Below the pieces are notes generated by a model. The model was given only the letters and a program-made list of their open reading frames with translations. It searched no databases and was not told the DNA's origin. The position numbers and the translations under genes were made by a program. A DNA stretch of 32,000 nucleotides from Candidatus Pelagibacter sp. HTCC7211 (GTDB taxonomy: Bacteria; Pseudomonadota; Alphaproteobacteria; Pelagibacterales; Pelagibacteraceae). Positions 1 through 7,960 of this stretch are shown here, piece after piece. The DNA is taken from assembly GCF_000155895.1 (NCBI RefSeq), contig NZ_DS995298.1:1170001-1202000 (forward strand), in the 5' to 3' direction. Within the stretch, counting starts at the first letter, position 1, and every line of letters begins with the position of its first letter.

Positions 1-618
1 CGTCCTATCTCCATTTAAAACTTTTTTAACCTCTTCAAAATTTTCATTCCCTGGTTCTCTTATGTTTGCACAATATTCAAAAATCCCACCATTTTCAGGT
101 TTCTGGATCATTAAACTTAAAGTAAATTCGCAGCTATCAAAATGCCATGGAAGAATTCCTTCAGGTTTCATTACATTATATGCATGGCAAGCCAATGGGT
201 CGGCCCATCTGTATATTGGAGAAACACCTAGGCAAGCAGAAACAAATTTCAAAAGCTCTTCAGTTTCATAAAGGTATTTCATTTCTGAATTTTTTTGAAA
301 ACAGTCAGAATTTAGATATCCATTATATCTTTCCATAAAATTTCTCTTAGGATGTTCTTTAGGTAAAGATGGATCATCTTTAGCATATAAGTATGCATTG
401 ATTTTTTCCTTAGACATATAAACTTCATCAAGCTGCTTTTCTAATTCTAAATTCATTGTCTCTAAAGATTTAGGTAAAATAAAATTTGGTATGGTAGAAC
501 AGCTATCTTGGTCTAGTTCTTTTTTACACTTCTCAATTAATCTTTTAATAATTGGAGAATTTAAATCATGAATAGGATATTTTTCTAAATCAACAATAGT
601 TTTAAGTCTATCGTTCAT
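1..618 (-). CDS. Fe(II)/2-oxoglutarate oxygenase-like protein, partial (206 N-terminal codons; C-terminus lies beyond the window edge)
   Basis: Absent from the ORF track because it runs off the window. My translation of the minus strand from the ATG at 618-616 is open to position 1: MNDRLKTIVDLEKYPIHDLNSPIIKRLIEKCKK...GILPWHFDSCEFTLSLMIQKPENGGIFEY. WHFD is a plausible HxD iron-binding motif. It starts 4 nt after the stop of the upstream gene on the same strand. Confidence 0.55.
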   Translation of the reverse strand, partial: MNDRLKTIVDLEKYPIHDLNSPIIKRLIEKCKKELDQDSCSTIPNFILPKSLETMNLELEKQLDEVYMSKEKINAYLYAKDDPSLPKEHPKRNFMERYNGYLNSDCFQKNSEMKYLYETEELLKFVSACLGVSPIYRWADPLACHAYNVMKPEGILPWHFDSCEFTLSLMIQKPENGGIFEYCANIREPGNENFEEVKKVLNGDRT

Positions 619-622
619 TGCT

Positions 623-997
623 TTATTTTAGTTTGCCTTCTTCTCTCATTTTTGCTCTAATTTTTGTAGCTGAGATTTCTTGAATTTCTTTTGATAGTTC
701 AATTTCTTCAATTTTATAACCAACTCCTCTACCGTAACAAATATTAGTAATATTCGGAACCATCATAATTTTAAATTGTCCTTCAAATTCTGGATTTAAC
801 CTATCTTCAATATTTTTTTTTACAGTTTCAAAATCAAATGGATTATCATCCACTCCTTGAACGTCTCTAATTTGAATACACACTTGACCAGTTTTTTTTA
901 TAATTTCTTTAAACAATGTGTAATGGCCATCATGAAATGGTTGCCACCTTCCTAACATTTGAGCTGTTGGTTTTTTATTATCCCATTGGTATGACAT
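623..997 (-). CDS. Small HxGH-type nucleotidyltransferase (cytidylyl/adenylyltransferase superfamily, archaeal NadM-like signature)
   Basis: GRWQPFHDGH matches the (G)RxQPFHxGH signature of NadM-type adenylyltransferases. ISATKIR matches the C-terminal ISSTxxR motif of the superfamily. At 124 aa it is unusually short. Confidence 0.7.
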   Translation of the reverse strand: MSYQWDNKKPTAQMLGRWQPFHDGHYTLFKEIIKKTGQVCIQIRDVQGVDDNPFDFETVKKNIEDRLNPEFEGQFKIMMVPNITNICYGRGVGYKIEEIELSKEIQEISATKIRAKMREEGKLK

Positions 998-1008
998 GAT
1001 TTTACCCC

Positions 1009-1422
1009 TTATTTTAAATTAATATCTTCAAATATTTTTGGTGCCCAATTTTTAGCATCTTGTGTAGTAACATGAAAGTCAAACTTATCTGGTTTGATAA
1101 ACATTTTGTTAGTATCATCAAATCTTCCTTCTTTAATAGTATCTACCCATATAACATAATCAGCAGGAAACAAACTTCTCGCTTCTGGTGTTGGACATAT
1201 AAAATCTGCTACAACATCAAATCCTTGTTCTTTTAATTTTAGAGCAAAATCTGACATTCTTTTAGCTTGCCGCTTTCTTCCTTCTTCAGAAAAATCCCAA
1301 TCATTTGCCTCTTTTCTAACTTCATCAGCATTCAATCTCTTAGCATTTAACATTGGTGCTAATTCTCCTGCCAAAGTTGTTTTTCCTGAACCAGGCAAAC
1401 CCATTATTAAAATTATTTTCAT
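1009..1422 (-). CDS. P-loop kinase, adenylylsulfate (APS) kinase-like but divergent
   Basis: Walker A GLPGSGKTT. LNADEVR...FSEEGRKRQAKR...DFICP parallels the LDGDxxR...FSxxDRxENxRR...FISP layout of CysC, with several substitutions. Its start shares 1 nt (TAATG) with the upstream M24 gene stop. Confidence 0.6.
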   Translation of the reverse strand: MKIILIMGLPGSGKTTLAGELAPMLNAKRLNADEVRKEANDWDFSEEGRKRQAKRMSDFALKLKEQGFDVVADFICPTPEARSLFPADYVIWVDTIKEGRFDDTNKMFIKPDKFDFHVTTQDAKNWAPKIFEDINLK

Positions 1423-2657
1423 TAAATATCTTCTAACGGATGATGGGACATTAGTTCAAGTCCATTTTGACCCACTAAATATTGTTGCTCAAGTTTTACG
1501 CCCTCTTTACCACCAACTTTTCCAATATAGCTTTCAACAGTAATAGTCATGTTTTTTTGAAATATACCGCCTTTGTCTCCACCATCTGTTGGATATCTTA
1601 TTGATGGCCACTCATCGCACAAACCTATTCCGTGAACCATCACAGAATATCTATTGCCATAATATTCTTTAGGAAGTTTCCAAGATTTTTCTATAAACTC
1701 TTTAAAAGTCGTACCATCTTTTATTAAACTTGAATTATGGTTAATTTGATTAACTGCCATTGAATAAAGATTTTTTTGATTATCATTAAAAATATTTCCG
1801 CATACAAATGTTCTCGATATATCAGCACAATATCCATAAGGTCCTACCATATCAGTATCAAATGAAACAATTTCTCCCTGTTGTATTATCTTATTACTAC
1901 TTTCTTGCATCCAAGGATTTGTTCTCTCCCCTGATGATAAAATTCTACACTCAATCCATTCACCGCCATTTTCTATATTTGTTTTGTGAAGTATCGACCA
2001 TAGTTCATCCTCAGTAATACCTGCTTTGAGTTCTTTTCTCATTTTAGTTACACCGATTTCTGCAACTTCAATAGCTGCCTTCATACATTTTAACTCTTCT
2101 GGTGATTTAATAACTCTTGCCTGTTCTAATATTGATTTTGCATCTATTACTTCTATTCCACTTTTATTTAATTCTGTAACTGCTGGTCCATTTAAAACAT
2201 CGATTGCAATTTTTTTTGATTTAAAATATTTTTGTGATAATTCATTAACTTCTGAAATCCATTTTTTTAATTGTGAATTGGCTTGATCTCCATGAGCAAA
2301 ATAATCCCAGGTTATTGCTGGTCTAATTTCTTCAATTAAATTTAAGTGCTCAGACAATTTTTCACAGTTAAAATACTCATAAAGAATTGTTGGTCCTTCC
2401 ACTGGTACAAAACAATACCTAGAAAGATTATGCATATTAAAAACACTCATATTTACAGTGTCTAATGCATACCGAACATTGACTGGGTCAAATAAAATAC
2501 ATGCTTCTAAATTATTTTTAATCAATTCTTTTTTAACTCTCTCAAGTCGATAACTTCTTAATTTTTCAAAGTTAATCTCATCCTCTCTTATTCTTTTTTT
2601 TGTAAGGAAGTTTGTATATAATTTGTATTCTGGATTTATTTTTCTACTAAATTTCAT
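1422..2657 (-). CDS. M24-family (pita-bread fold) metallohydrolase; Xaa-Pro dipeptidase / ectoine hydrolase / DddP / creatinase-like
   Basis: Motifs FDTDMVGPYGYCADISRTF, HGIGLCDEWP, TVESYIG and VKLEQQ line up by eye with the D, D, H, E, E metal ligands of M24 enzymes. I trimmed the start to the ATG at 2657 (MKFSRKINPEY...), because the track start at 2705 would overlap the upstream SET gene by 29 nt. Confidence 0.75.
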   Translation of the reverse strand: MKFSRKINPEYKLYTNFLTKKRIREDEINFEKLRSYRLERVKKELIKNNLEACILFDPVNVRYALDTVNMSVFNMHNLSRYCFVPVEGPTILYEYFNCEKLSEHLNLIEEIRPAITWDYFAHGDQANSQLKKWISEVNELSQKYFKSKKIAIDVLNGPAVTELNKSGIEVIDAKSILEQARVIKSPEELKCMKAAIEVAEIGVTKMRKELKAGITEDELWSILHKTNIENGGEWIECRILSSGERTNPWMQESSNKIIQQGEIVSFDTDMVGPYGYCADISRTFVCGNIFNDNQKNLYSMAVNQINHNSSLIKDGTTFKEFIEKSWKLPKEYYGNRYSVMVHGIGLCDEWPSIRYPTDGGDKGGIFQKNMTITVESYIGKVGGKEGVKLEQQYLVGQNGLELMSHHPLEDI

Positions 2658-2676
2658 AAGATTGATAAATAATATT

Positions 2677-3048
2677 TCAAAATTGATAAAAAGTATATTG
2701 TGCAACTAATTCCTGACCTGGATCAATATCCTTTAGTGAAACAAGGAATAAATACTTGAAATTTTTTTCATTTTTTTTGCTAATTGTTGATAGAGAATTT
2801 AAATCTAGAGTTTTGCCAAATTCGTATCCTGGAAATATATCCATTCCCATTTTAATTATATTGGGATTTTCTGAGTGATTATAAAAACCACCTAAGGGCG
2901 TTCTAATGTAACTGTTAGGAAATGTTTCATGTTTAACGTGTGTAACACCTATAAAAGAGTCTTTGTTAATCTTTATCTCTGAAAATAAACCTAAACCTTC
3001 AATTGCTGAATTTCTAATTGTTAATTGATTTGGTAAAGGTCTATACAT
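2677..3048 (-). CDS. Minimal SET-domain protein (putative SAM-dependent protein-lysine methyltransferase)
   Basis: IEGLGLF near the N-terminus, YNHSENPN (the NHSxxPN SET motif) and GQELVAQY (the ELxxxY post-SET-like motif). 123 aa, about the size of minimal viral SET proteins. Confidence 0.65.
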   Translation of the reverse strand: MYRPLPNQLTIRNSAIEGLGLFSEIKINKDSFIGVTHVKHETFPNSYIRTPLGGFYNHSENPNIIKMGMDIFPGYEFGKTLDLNSLSTISKKNEKNFKYLFLVSLKDIDPGQELVAQYTFYQF

Positions 3049-3056
3049 TAAATTAT

Positions 3057-5462
3057 TTAGTTTCTCATTTTTTGACCACTTGGATCGTAAAGTGGTTCTT
3101 TAATTACTGAACAATTAAATAGATTTCCATTTATCTCTACTTGAATTTTATTTTCAGACTTAATTTTATTTTGATCGATAAATGTAAATGCCACACTCTT
3201 GTTCACAAAATGTGCAAAACCTCCAGAAGTTACATAGCCAATGCTTTGATCTCCATTCATTACAGCTTCATTGTTCGTTACATCAATGTCATTTGTTTCA
3301 ACAATTAAAGGTGTAAGTTTGCTTGAGGAGCTTTCTTTTTGTGCGCTTTCTTTACCAATAAATTCTTTTTTCCAATTTATAAACATATCTAATCCAGTTT
3401 CTTTTGCAGTAAAATCTGGTCTATAATCTAACGTCCAAGCTCCCCAATTTTTCTCTAATCTCATAGACATTAATGCCCTTCCACCAAAAGGTTTAATATC
3501 AAATTCTTTTCCTGCTTCCATTAACTCTTCATAAAGTTTTAATTGATAGTGTGGTGCTACATAAATTTCATAGCCAAGCTCACCTGTAAATGAAATTCTA
3601 TTTATTATAGCTGGTACGCTACCAACGAACATTCTTCTAGAGTCTCTAAATTTAAACTTTTCATTTGAAACATCATCTCTAACGATTTTTTCTAATACTT
3701 TTCTTGAATTAGGTCCTGCAATTGACAACCCATGATACTCATCAGATCTATTTTTATAATTTAAATTAAATTTTCCTAAATGACTTTCAAACCAACGTCT
3801 ATGTATTTCTTGTGCAGCTCCTGACCCAAAAACCATAAATTCATTTTCATCTAAACAAGCTACAGTTAAATCTCCACACAATTTTCCTCTATATGATAAC
3901 ATTGGAGATAATGAAATTCTTCCAGGCTTTGGTAATCTTCCAGCCATAATATGATCTAAAAATTTTCTGGCATCAGGACCTTTAAATTCATGTTTCGAAA
4001 AGTTAGCAACTTCAATTAGCCCAACATTTTCTCTAACATTAATTACTTCTTTTGAAACATAATCATGTGATCTTGATCTTTTAATAGTGGGTTCTTCATG
4101 AGCATCTTCTTTATTGTTTGCAAACCACAAAACATTTTCTAATCCAAAGCTATCACCCATCACTGCTCCTTGATTTACAAAACGGTCGTAAAGTGCGGTT
4201 GTTTTTTGTTTTCTTCCTTTTGGAAGTGTTTCGTTTGGAAAAGTCATAATAAATCTTCGTTCATAATTTTCTGAAGATTTTACTGTTCCATATTGAGGTG
4301 ATGCATAATCTCCAAATCTTGCAACATCCATCGCCCAAACATCAATTGAAGGTTCACCATCAATTATCCACTCAGCAATACATTTTCCTACTCCTCCACC
4401 TTGGCAAAATCCTGCCATAACGCCAACTGCTACCCAATAATTTTTCATTCCTGGAACTGGACCAATTAAAGGACTTCCATCAGGACCAAAAGTAAAAGGA
4501 CCATTAACTATATTTTTAATTCCAGCACGTTCTAACGCTGGCATTCTTTCAAAACCTATCGCTAGTCTATCTTCAATATTATCTAATTTTGGCTGAAGTA
4601 ACTCATGTCCAAAGTTCATTGGGGTTCCTTCAACTTTCCATGGAGTTGATTTCGGCTCATAAGTTCCAAGCAACATTCCTTTTCCTTCTTGTCTAAAATA
4701 AATATTTCCCTCAAAATCTGTTCCTATCGGTAATCTTAGATCCCCCATTGCTTCTATTTCTGGAATGGACTCAGTGATTAAATAGTGATGTTCCATCGGT
4801 TGTACTGGGAGATTTAATCCTGCTAATTGACCAACTTCTCTTGCCCAAAGTCCTCCTGCATTAACAACAATATCAGCCTTAATATTCCCTTTATCTGTGA
4901 TTACGTCCCAAGATCCATCTTCTTTTTGTTTTGTGTCTTTAACAACTGTGTGGGTATAATACTTTCCCCCATGAACTTTTGCAGCTTTAGCAAAAGCATA
5001 AGTAACTCCCGATGGATCAACTTCACCATCAATAGGATCCCACAACGCCAATAAATATCTAGATGGATCAATTAAAGGGTTTTTCTTTTTTACTTCCTCT
5101 AGAGAAATGAACTCTTGATCAAGTCCCATGTATCTTGCTTTTGATCTTTCTCTCTTTAAATAATCAGCCCACACTTCGTTTGATGCTAAATAAAACCCAC
5201 CACTGGGTTTAAAGCCTACAGAATGACCAGACTCTTTTTCTATTTCTTTATACAGGCCTATTGTATAAGCCATCATGCGAGAGATATTTGGATCAGAAGA
5301 AATTACATGTACATTTCCAGCAGCATGCCAAGATGATCCTGAAGTCAGTTCATTTCTTTCAAGAAGAATACAATCTTTTAACCCGAACTTAGAAAGATGA
5401 TAGAGGATTGAACATCCAACTACTCCACCTCCTATAACAACTACCTTGGCATTTTTTTCCAT
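3057..5462 (-). CDS. dmgdh: Dimethylglycine dehydrogenase-type FAD oxidoreductase with a C-terminal GcvT/THF-binding domain
   Basis: N-terminal VVVIGGGVVGCS dinucleotide fold. SSWHAAG matches the covalent-FAD histidine motif of DMGDH/SARDH. C-terminal FTGELGYEIY is a GcvT signature. 801 aa, 1 nt downstream of the BHMT gene. Confidence 0.85.
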   Translation of the reverse strand: MEKNAKVVVIGGGVVGCSILYHLSKFGLKDCILLERNELTSGSSWHAAGNVHVISSDPNISRMMAYTIGLYKEIEKESGHSVGFKPSGGFYLASNEVWADYLKRERSKARYMGLDQEFISLEEVKKKNPLIDPSRYLLALWDPIDGEVDPSGVTYAFAKAAKVHGGKYYTHTVVKDTKQKEDGSWDVITDKGNIKADIVVNAGGLWAREVGQLAGLNLPVQPMEHHYLITESIPEIEAMGDLRLPIGTDFEGNIYFRQEGKGMLLGTYEPKSTPWKVEGTPMNFGHELLQPKLDNIEDRLAIGFERMPALERAGIKNIVNGPFTFGPDGSPLIGPVPGMKNYWVAVGVMAGFCQGGGVGKCIAEWIIDGEPSIDVWAMDVARFGDYASPQYGTVKSSENYERRFIMTFPNETLPKGRKQKTTALYDRFVNQGAVMGDSFGLENVLWFANNKEDAHEEPTIKRSRSHDYVSKEVINVRENVGLIEVANFSKHEFKGPDARKFLDHIMAGRLPKPGRISLSPMLSYRGKLCGDLTVACLDENEFMVFGSGAAQEIHRRWFESHLGKFNLNYKNRSDEYHGLSIAGPNSRKVLEKIVRDDVSNEKFKFRDSRRMFVGSVPAIINRISFTGELGYEIYVAPHYQLKLYEELMEAGKEFDIKPFGGRALMSMRLEKNWGAWTLDYRPDFTAKETGLDMFINWKKEFIGKESAQKESSSSKLTPLIVETNDIDVTNNEAVMNGDQSIGYVTSGGFAHFVNKSVAFTFIDQNKIKSENKIQVEINGNLFNCSVIKEPLYDPSGQKMRN

Positions 5463-5463
5463 A

Positions 5464-6504
5464 TTAATATTTGATCTCTTTATTTACTTTTTTCAAAGAC
5501 TTATCTGTTCCGTGATGAAAATGTTTGCTCATATCAGGCATATATTTCATTGAAATTGGTTTCTTTCCAATTGCAACTGACATCTCCCTGACGTGATGGG
5601 CTTCTGCTCCACAACATATACCAATAAAATTTATTTTACTTTCAACACAATCTTTAGCAAACTCTGCCATCTCGTATCGATTGCAAAATAAATTGTCTAA
5701 AGCAACAGGGAAAGCATTGCCTCCTGGAATAAGATCGCAGCCATGATCAGAAATATTTAAAAAGCCAGGTTCCTCTTCAGTTGTTCTGTAAGGAACAGGA
5801 AGTCCTGCCACATGACATGAAACTTTATCTCTAACTTTTTTTAATAATTTCATTGTCATCTCTGGTCCTCTATAACAATTCAAACCAACCAAATCAGCAC
5901 CTAGATCTTCCATCATCTTGCAAGCATCTTCAGCGCTGTGACCTTCTCTAGTTTTATCTCCTCTAGGTATTGCAAAATTACAAACCGCAATAAGTCCAGC
6001 ATCTTTTATAGCTTTTAATGCAATCTTCATTTCGTCAGACCAATTAATTGTTTCAGCAATAACAAAATCTACTCCAGCTTCTTTAGCCCAAGCAACTTGT
6101 TCCTCATACATTTGTTGACATTGTTTATGAGTATTCGCATCATTAGGATCAAATACATTTGTATTTGCTACATCTCCACAAACCATCAGATCTAGATCTT
6201 TAAATTCAGCAGCTGCATCTTTTGCAATTTTAAGAGCATTCTTTTGCATTGGTTCTAACAAATGCTCTTTACCTATTATTCGAAGTTTTTCTCTATGCCC
6301 ATAATATGTAAAAGCTTGAACAACATCTGAGCCAGCCCTAATAAATTCTCTATGTAATTGAGTTACTACCTCCGGATGTTCTAAAACAACTTCTGGAACA
6401 AAAGGTCCTGCTGACAGATATCCCCTTCTTTCCATTGCAAAAAGATACCCTTCAGCACACATTATTGGGCCTTCATTTAATCTAGTAATAAGATCTTTTT
6501 TCAT
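5464..6504 (-). CDS. bhmt: Betaine-homocysteine S-methyltransferase (Hcy S-methyltransferase domain)
   Basis: Hcy-methyltransferase TIM-barrel layout. Zinc cysteines sit in GLNCYRGP and GICCGA, the positions expected for BHMT/MetH-type Zn sites. Adjacent to dmgdh. Confidence 0.8.
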   Translation of the reverse strand: MKKDLITRLNEGPIMCAEGYLFAMERRGYLSAGPFVPEVVLEHPEVVTQLHREFIRAGSDVVQAFTYYGHREKLRIIGKEHLLEPMQKNALKIAKDAAAEFKDLDLMVCGDVANTNVFDPNDANTHKQCQQMYEEQVAWAKEAGVDFVIAETINWSDEMKIALKAIKDAGLIAVCNFAIPRGDKTREGHSAEDACKMMEDLGADLVGLNCYRGPEMTMKLLKKVRDKVSCHVAGLPVPYRTTEEEPGFLNISDHGCDLIPGGNAFPVALDNLFCNRYEMAEFAKDCVESKINFIGICCGAEAHHVREMSVAIGKKPISMKYMPDMSKHFHHGTDKSLKKVNKEIKY

Positions 6505-6515
6505 AATTTATCCTC

Positions 6516-7709
6516 TCATTTAGTTAAGTTAGTTGCAACCCACTTATGAAACATCAAAGTAGGAGTATCCATTACTGGGGAAAAATTTCCTCCATTATAA
6601 GCAGGGGAACTTCGACCCTTTTGCATTCCTTCTATTGCAGCAACATCTTCACTCATAACTTCTTGCCAAAATGCAAAATTTTTTTTTCTTATTTCTTTAT
6701 ATTCATCACTTGAAGCACTTTCATCTCCAACGTAATACATTTCAAAATGTTCTCTTGTATTGTTATTTGACAATGGTTCTAACCAAAATGCATAAAAATG
6801 ATCAACATGTATTCCAAGCATAACATTTGGAAATAGAGAAACATATTCTGAATTTTGATAAAGATCATTGGGCCAATTTGGAAATATTGAAAGTTTTTTA
6901 TTACCATCAAACTGTTGACTATATTTATTACTGCCTTGTCCTGAAAAAGTTTCTGCAAGATCTTCTATATGATAATGGTCTTTTAAATTTGAAACTCTAT
7001 TTAATTCTGGATGAACCCAGGGTAAGTGATAGCTTTCACAATAATTTTCAATTGCTAATTTCCAATTACTTTTTACTTCCATATTAAAATAACCAAAATC
7101 TCTAGCATGTCTTATTAACTTTTGATCCTCTCTTGATATAAACTTTGACCATTGTTTTTCTAAAGGATCGATACTTTGCTCAAAATCTTTTTTGTTTTTA
7201 TTGACATTAATGAATATTAAATCCATCCATACATGTGTTGAAATTTCTTTAAGATTGCTTTTTGATTTAATAAAACCTTCTGTCTCATGTATATTCATTC
7301 CGCCAACGTGAGGTGTGGCTATTAATTCACCATTAAAATTATATGACCATGAATGATATGGGCATCTTATAGTGTTCTTTATTTTGCATTCTTCTTTTAC
7401 AAGTATCATGCCTCTATGACTGCAAACATTATGAAATACTCTAATCTTATTATTTTTATCCCGTAAAATTAACAGTGGAATTCCCATTAAATTAAATGGT
7501 TTTGCATCGCCCACTTCGGGTACTGAACTGGAAACACCCACAACTATCCAGTTATTGAAAAAAACTTTCTCTCTTTCTATTTTAAAATATTCATCACTTA
7601 AATAACATTCATTAGGAAGACCATTTGCTTCATTAATTGATTTTTTTGTAGCTTCGATTTTATCTAGATCGACAATTCTTGATAATACATCTAAATTTTG
7701 TGACTTCAT
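6516..7709 (-). CDS. Rieske [2Fe-2S] non-haem iron oxygenase, alpha/catalytic subunit (substrate unknown; quaternary-amine oxygenase suspected from context)
   Basis: Rieske motif CSHRG...CPYHSW. Mononuclear iron motif NYCESYHLPWVH (HxxxxH). First gene of the co-directional array. Confidence 0.85.
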   Translation of the reverse strand: MKSQNLDVLSRIVDLDKIEATKKSINEANGLPNECYLSDEYFKIEREKVFFNNWIVVGVSSSVPEVGDAKPFNLMGIPLLILRDKNNKIRVFHNVCSHRGMILVKEECKIKNTIRCPYHSWSYNFNGELIATPHVGGMNIHETEGFIKSKSNLKEISTHVWMDLIFINVNKNKKDFEQSIDPLEKQWSKFISREDQKLIRHARDFGYFNMEVKSNWKLAIENYCESYHLPWVHPELNRVSNLKDHYHIEDLAETFSGQGSNKYSQQFDGNKKLSIFPNWPNDLYQNSEYVSLFPNVMLGIHVDHFYAFWLEPLSNNNTREHFEMYYVGDESASSDEYKEIRKKNFAFWQEVMSEDVAAIEGMQKGRSSPAYNGGNFSPVMDTPTLMFHKWVATNLTK

Positions 7710-7801
7710 TAACCTCCTTTTCTATTTAATTTAGTTTTACTTAAATTTAGAAAATTGGGTTTTTCTTACGATTCTCTGATGATTATTTGTTGAAATACAG
7801 G

Positions 7802-7835
7802 TTGACAATTCAAGCTGTATGAAAATCCATATACA
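7802..7835 (+). promoter_or_regulatory. Candidate promoter for the metF-like/GcvT-family pair (perfect -35 hexamer only)
   Basis: Perfect TTGACA at 7802-7807. Only poor -10 candidates (CATATA/ATATAC) lie 19-21 nt downstream. Confidence 0.25.
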
Positions 7836-7863
7836 AATTCTGGACCAATCCAAAACATAAAAA

Positions 7864-7890
7864 ATCGTACCATAAAATGGGCAAAATCAA
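7864..7890 (-). promoter_or_regulatory. Candidate sigma70-type promoter for the Rieske-bhmt-dmgdh array (extended -10)
   Basis: The minus strand reads TTGATT-N15-TACGAT, with TGG immediately 5' of TACGAT giving an extended -10 of the form TGnTAcgAT. This would leave a leader of about 145 nt. The spacer is short, the genome is AT-rich, and it overlaps a 35-codon ORF, so the call is weak. Confidence 0.25.
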
Positions 7891-7960
7891 AATAAAATTC
7901 TATCTACAAGTGGTTCTTTAAGGTAGCTGAATTTCTTTGACAGCATTTTCAAATAAGATA

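Noticed and set aside
62-338. Two plus-strand track ORFs (62-271, 147-338).
   Set aside because: Both lie antisense to a longer uninterrupted minus-strand frame (1-618). That frame has a plausible 2OG-oxygenase HxD motif and operon-consistent spacing. The plus-strand products are low-complexity with no motifs.
1808-2286. Plus-strand ORFs 1808-2017 and 2026-2286.
   Set aside because: Antisense to the motif-supported M24 hydrolase gene, and the translations look non-protein-like.
2658-2705. N-terminal extension of the M24 ORF (MHNILFINFEILFINL...).
   Set aside because: It would overlap the upstream SET gene by 29 nt and adds only low-complexity residues. The internal ATG at 2657 gives a normal ~20-nt spacing.
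4827-5054. Plus-strand 75-aa ORF inside dmgdh.
   Set aside because: Antisense to a strongly supported 801-aa gene.
6827-7087. Plus-strand 86-aa ORF inside the Rieske gene.
   Set aside because: Antisense to a motif-supported gene.
7710-7860. Possible SAM-II/SAM-V-type riboswitch in the leader of the bhmt operon.
   Set aside because: I looked for the pseudoknot-forming conserved stretches I remember for these classes, next to the ribosome-binding site, and could not find a convincing match. I keep it only as an unclassified candidate leader in the findings; a covariance-model scan is needed.
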